Source: Candidatus Micrarchaeota archaeon (GTDB lineage Archaea > Micrarchaeota > Micrarchaeia > Anstonellales > Bilamarchaeaceae). Taken from it: a stretch of 64,000 nt of DNA. Numbering within the stretch: the stretch's first letter is position 1; the number at the start of each line of letters is the position of its first letter. This document shows, in pieces, positions 61,601-64,000 of the stretch. The position numbers and the translations under genes are program-made. The stretch covers positions 1,582-65,581 of the forward strand of contig JBDRLQ010000023.1 of NCBI GenBank assembly GCA_043812915.1, written 5' to 3'. Below the pieces are notes generated by a model, which was not told where the DNA came from, did no database searches, and saw nothing but the letters and a program-made list of their open reading frames with translations.

Positions 61601-62856
61601 CCTGCTGGATGCAGCTCTATAGCATTCATCTTATCTTCAACAACATGAGCATCACCAACAGCTCCATCGGAGGCCCGACGATATCGCTGGAGAATGCCAG
61701 CTTCACCATCGGGGACCAGGATGAGCTCTTTAACCTGAGGCTGATGCAGGAGAACGCCTATGTCGTGTTCTGGGGGGTGAACACCTCTGCCGGAGCCATA
61801 AACTTCAATTCAACGGCGCAGTATGTCGGCTCGGACCTGTTCGCAATCAACGCCTCGTATTACAACTGGACCAACGGCTCGGTGAGCACGATAGCCTTCA
61901 CAAACCTACCATCCAGGCCAACGACCGTCTACTATTATCCGTTGTTCACTAACGACACGAGCACCGTGGTGGCCGATGGCATACCCTGTGATGCGAGCAA
62001 CTACTGCTTCAACATAACCTGGGTGGCCTCAACCGGCACTCTGCTCTTCAATGTCACCAACTTCTCTTCATACGCCATAGCCCGGGCCGCGCCGCCTCCA
62101 GGAGGGGACGAAGACGAGCGATTCTCGCTCTTCGTTGATGCCGGCAGGGTTGGGGAAGAGACGCTGTTCAGGGCGGAGAGGAGCTCCGGAAATCCGCTAG
62201 GGCTTGTTGAAATCAGGGTGTTTGGCCCTGGGAGCTCTGCCCTGCTCGCTGAAGTCCTCATGACTGATGCCCTTGGCGAGGCGATCTTCGTTCCTGCCGG
62301 GGAAGGCATGTATTATTATCGGGCCACAAGGCCCGGCTATAGGGCCGAGGAAGGCTCGTTCTACGTCGCTGAGCTTGAAGGGTCGGGCGAAGAGCCTGAA
62401 TCTCCGGCGACTGTCCCCGGAGAGGATGAATGCGCTGATGATTCCGCGTGCGCCAATGACCAGGTCTGCACCGGCGGCTCATGCATAGGCATCGAGCCTG
62501 GCGTCTGTGGACATTTCGTTGGCCATGCGTGGGTCTCATACCAATGCTGCGATGATTCCATGTGTCCGGAGAACTACGTGTGCACGGACAATGCGTGCAT
62601 TGAAACGCAGGCTGAAGTGCCCGCGGCTCCGGAAACCGAGCCTCCAGAGCAGCCGGCAACGGTTCCTTCAAGCCCTGTTATTGATGAAATCGAGCATTTC
62701 GACGAGCAGCATGTGCCTGAATGCTGCTTCCTGGGAATCTGCGGCGTATATGGAGGGCTCTGCTGGTACTGGTGGCCGGTACTGCTTGGGCTGCTCGCCA
62801 TTCTCCTGGCTGGAGTGGTTCTTTACAACCAGGCGATGAAAAGGGGCAAAAAGTGA
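58675..62856 (+). CDS. 1393-aa membrane-anchored surface (S-layer-like) glycoprotein candidate
   Basis: N-terminal signal/anchor is ITLGLIAPLIFACMV. There are 55 N-x-S/T sequons by manual count. C-terminal parts: a CarboxypepD_reg-like beta domain, two Cys-rich DDS.C...CT...CI units, a P/E linker, TM segment CWYWWPVLLGLLAILLAGVVLY and a KRGKK tail. Confidence 0.7.
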   Translation: MHPKERKSSRSYFGIKEEYITLGLIAPLIFACMVTDPILVSVDNFNNGQSSALLVYGGLENQTFDFNISKYVARGNWSKDGVFADFTVQMCPTAGAPSNLRLYFPDTNNSVLLHAGALGGCQNVTVDTLGFDPYFNTTTATIINLPMIIEAAIAGGQLNGVNFMMLRNPKIYDSSEAVTYTLMWPYFQSDQVRYKCNDSDVERLVTSPAKTWNFAFKLPMDLPALPPLPSLPVPIPLHGNQLSSSANFYDMPCPAYGIPGKHTGKVTGVHMFIDGIDWVDYFNTTDYFNTTLNTTYWDVRTANASLPAQNYSVLRMESPQVATGMNAFYSIPVTPNATERFNISLKLASMDVSGDIGASAAGIIAFFNGTSEPTTQALLVTNLSQLLVFNETAIMLMCNLSGPEASGALGPSPHIFEISSEGKNISYYLDGALFGSCLGENGINDTVYYMFSPDAITDGWIGNMSVDSVNVTYENWNGTDWVPYVYFQETFDALNTTAWTILNDTAAGGSNYSIKSWLYDPSGFAYYEDNWPAGELDLYSYADDDGSGIVMYYNEPLVYLDASTRLFLVNITASANDVQGDASGIFLMRSKMDPDTMANFIPQVAAAIVYNGTDYSMFCDLSAGANATGTFTVQNDSFGMFFDNTTLTMVAGTTILDNCTLPDSDLYFAFTSDPLIDANNGNSTLDSVTIAAVNLHNVTDWRWFEPESEVWEQVSAFGGAFNFSITSDVIVRDCTDPWNCGYDFQLQSDTAGSVNISIVNISYESLIGYNGGAPNVTITNTPIFSWMADNSTISDSEVRYQSAFFDSRVESSDIIMSDLECTYASGSQLYGAYRLSGFSNNSLGNPPPLGVPSIEISPEPCGEIVNSEINGGLMLGGSAYNSVIRGGGGLFMDFEDAVFENYSLATGKATMNLTKYGANAPAWLTAMGQPNDSIDVTALLGIFGGGSVPLGCFEGATFAIEGFPEAVLSDSTEPFACWMQLYSIHLIFNNMSITNSSIGGPTISLENASFTIGDQDELFNLRLMQENAYVVFWGVNTSAGAINFNSTAQYVGSDLFAINASYYNWTNGSVSTIAFTNLPSRPTTVYYYPLFTNDTSTVVADGIPCDASNYCFNITWVASTGTLLFNVTNFSSYAIARAAPPPGGDEDERFSLFVDAGRVGEETLFRAERSSGNPLGLVEIRVFGPGSSALLAEVLMTDALGEAIFVPAGEGMYYYRATRPGYRAEEGSFYVAELEGSGEEPESPATVPGEDECADDSACANDQVCTGGSCIGIEPGVCGHFVGHAWVSYQCCDDSMCPENYVCTDNACIETQAEVPAAPETEPPEQPATVPSSPVIDEIEHFDEQHVPECCFLGICGVYGGLCWYWWPVLLGLLAILLAGVVLYNQAMKRGKK

Positions 62857-63875
62857 GCGCGCTTGAAAAGCTCGGAAAAGCGATCCGGATAAGCAGGCCA
62901 CTTTTCTGGCCAGCGCCATTCGCGGCCTATGCGGCCGGGATAATCATCGGAGGGGTTCCTCATAGCCTTTTCGTGATGTGGGAGTTCTTCCTTGCGACAT
63001 TCCCCCTCTCATTCGCTGTCTATTTCCTGAACGACTACTTCGATATGCCATATGACGCCAAGAATCCCAGAAAGGGCGGCGTGTGGGGATACAGGCTCAC
63101 AAAGGCCGATGCGGCATGGGCATGGAAGCTGTGCGCGGCCTTCGCCATCCTGGCGGTAATCACCGCAATCCTCTCATTCAACCTGGTGCACGCGGCGCTG
63201 ATAGCCGTGGGAATGATTCTTCCCTTGGCATATTCCGCCCCTCCGCTAAGGCTGAAGAACATCCCGGTTCTGGATTCCATCTCCAACGCAGGCTATGCCT
63301 TCATCCCATTCGCGGCCGCGGCATCGCTTGGAGGCTCCCTGGCATTCCTTGATTACCGGGTCCTTGTAGCGGTGCTTATTGTCGCGGCGTTCCATGCCCT
63401 TGCGACCATCATGGACTACCGGAAGGACAAGGAGGAGAACCAGGCGACCTTCGCGGTGGTGCTCGGGCCCAGGGCGCCCGCAGTGTTCGCCGCGTCCATA
63501 TTCCTGCTTAATCTGGCAGTAGTGTTCCCGTACCTTTCAGCAGTCACCTTCGGGCTCATCCTCGCGCTCGCCCTTTCGCTGGCGCTGGCAGTGTGGCCGG
63601 AGCCGAAGAATGCGGTCATTGTGTTCAAGGCGCTTATGGGATATTCGATCCTGGTAGGTTACATCCTCATGCTCAAGTATGCGCTATTCACGCAGTTCGC
63701 CGACTACGCGGAGCCGGAAATTGGATATTTCATAAGAGAGTGCAGGGAAAATCCGGGGGGGCCGTTATCCGCATTATGCCCGACCTTCCAGAAAATGGAG
63801 GATGACTGCTCGATAGGGACTGAGAATCCGGCCATGCCAGGCTTCTGTGATTACCTGTCGCGGGAGACCGAGTAA
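62853..63875 (+). CDS. UbiA-family prenyltransferase
   Basis: NDYFDMPYD (NDxxDxxxD) motif and about 8 TM segments. GTG start overlaps the upstream stop (GTGA). The track ORF 62721.. extends into the upstream gene. Confidence 0.75.
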   Translation: MSALEKLGKAIRISRPLFWPAPFAAYAAGIIIGGVPHSLFVMWEFFLATFPLSFAVYFLNDYFDMPYDAKNPRKGGVWGYRLTKADAAWAWKLCAAFAILAVITAILSFNLVHAALIAVGMILPLAYSAPPLRLKNIPVLDSISNAGYAFIPFAAAASLGGSLAFLDYRVLVAVLIVAAFHALATIMDYRKDKEENQATFAVVLGPRAPAVFAASIFLLNLAVVFPYLSAVTFGLILALALSLALAVWPEPKNAVIVFKALMGYSILVGYILMLKYALFTQFADYAEPEIGYFIRECRENPGGPLSALCPTFQKMEDDCSIGTENPAMPGFCDYLSRETE

Positions 63876-64000
63876 TCGGCGATATCAAGAAGCGATTTCT
63901 TATCCTCGGATTCCTCGAGCGGCCCCAGCGCCGCCTTCGCCTCATCCGCAAGCTTCCTGGCGAGGGATTTGGCGTATTCCAGGGAGCCGCGGCCCTTCAT
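63851..64000 (-). CDS. C-terminal fragment of a polyprenyl (GGPP-type) synthetase, truncated by the window edge
   Basis: Reverse strand reads ..KGRGSLEYAKSLARKLADEAKAALGPLEESEDKKSLLDIADYSVSRDR*, which resembles the conserved C-terminus of trans-isoprenyl diphosphate synthases. Overlaps the UbiA 3' end by 25 nt. Confidence 0.45.
   Translation of the reverse strand: MKGRGSLEYAKSLARKLADEAKAALGPLEESEDKKSLLDIADYSVSRDR

Noticed and set aside
1-64000. Searched by eye for CRISPR arrays, transposases/integrases next to the three tRNAs, toxin-antitoxin pairs, and 16S/5S rRNA genes.
   Set aside because: No regularly spaced direct repeats, no recombinase or transposase motifs, no recognisable TA pair and no SSU or 5S sequence were found in the window.

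Overview
This window reads as an archaeal chromosomal segment. The evidence is aEF-1beta, the uS13-uS4-uS11-Rpo3 gene order, a bulge-helix-bulge intron in the 23S rRNA, TATA-box/leaderless promoters, and GGAGGTGA-type Shine-Dalgarno sites. Packing is very tight: several convergent genes share or overlap their stop codons, which suggests a small-genome uncultivated lineage (inference). Recognisable content: a translation/transcription cluster (Zn-ribbon protein, aEF-1beta, uS13, uS4, uS11, Rpo3); tRNA-Arg(GCG), tRNA-Leu(GAG) and tRNA-Pro(CGG); a split SUF Fe-S locus (sufC-sufS-x-sufU-dus divergent from sufB-sufD); an AzgA-type purine permease; and a DUF62-like SAM hydrolase. There is a stand-alone 23S rRNA gene with its own promoter and a long-range processing stem. 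It carries a 128-nt BHB intron and a second 50-nt insertion. The window also holds a circularly permuted ribosome-biogenesis GTPase, RNase J, lipid genes (CDP-alcohol phosphatidyltransferase, UbiA prenyltransferase, partial polyprenyl synthetase), a CPA2 antiporter and many small regulators (Lrp, XRE, ArsR/wHTH). No CRISPR array, transposase or integrase was seen. The region from about 20 to 43 kb is dominated by uncharacterised genes and holds the most interesting signals. (1) A duplicated two-part cassette: small Cys-knuckle (CxW[HC]...CxxC) proteins next to paralogous methyltransferases that carry an N-terminal pseudo-receiver domain. (2) A 1283-aa protein with eight tandem ~100-aa repeats fused to a methyltransferase-like C-terminal domain. 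(3) A PRMT-like methyltransferase. (4) A protein carrying a near-canonical bacterial sigma-70 region 4 HTH. Elsewhere, a 1393-aa membrane-anchored surface protein has 55 N-glycosylation sequons by manual count and is translationally coupled to the UbiA gene. An orphan receiver domain appears to have lost its phospho-acceptor loop. All functional calls come from motif recognition by eye. No database search was run.
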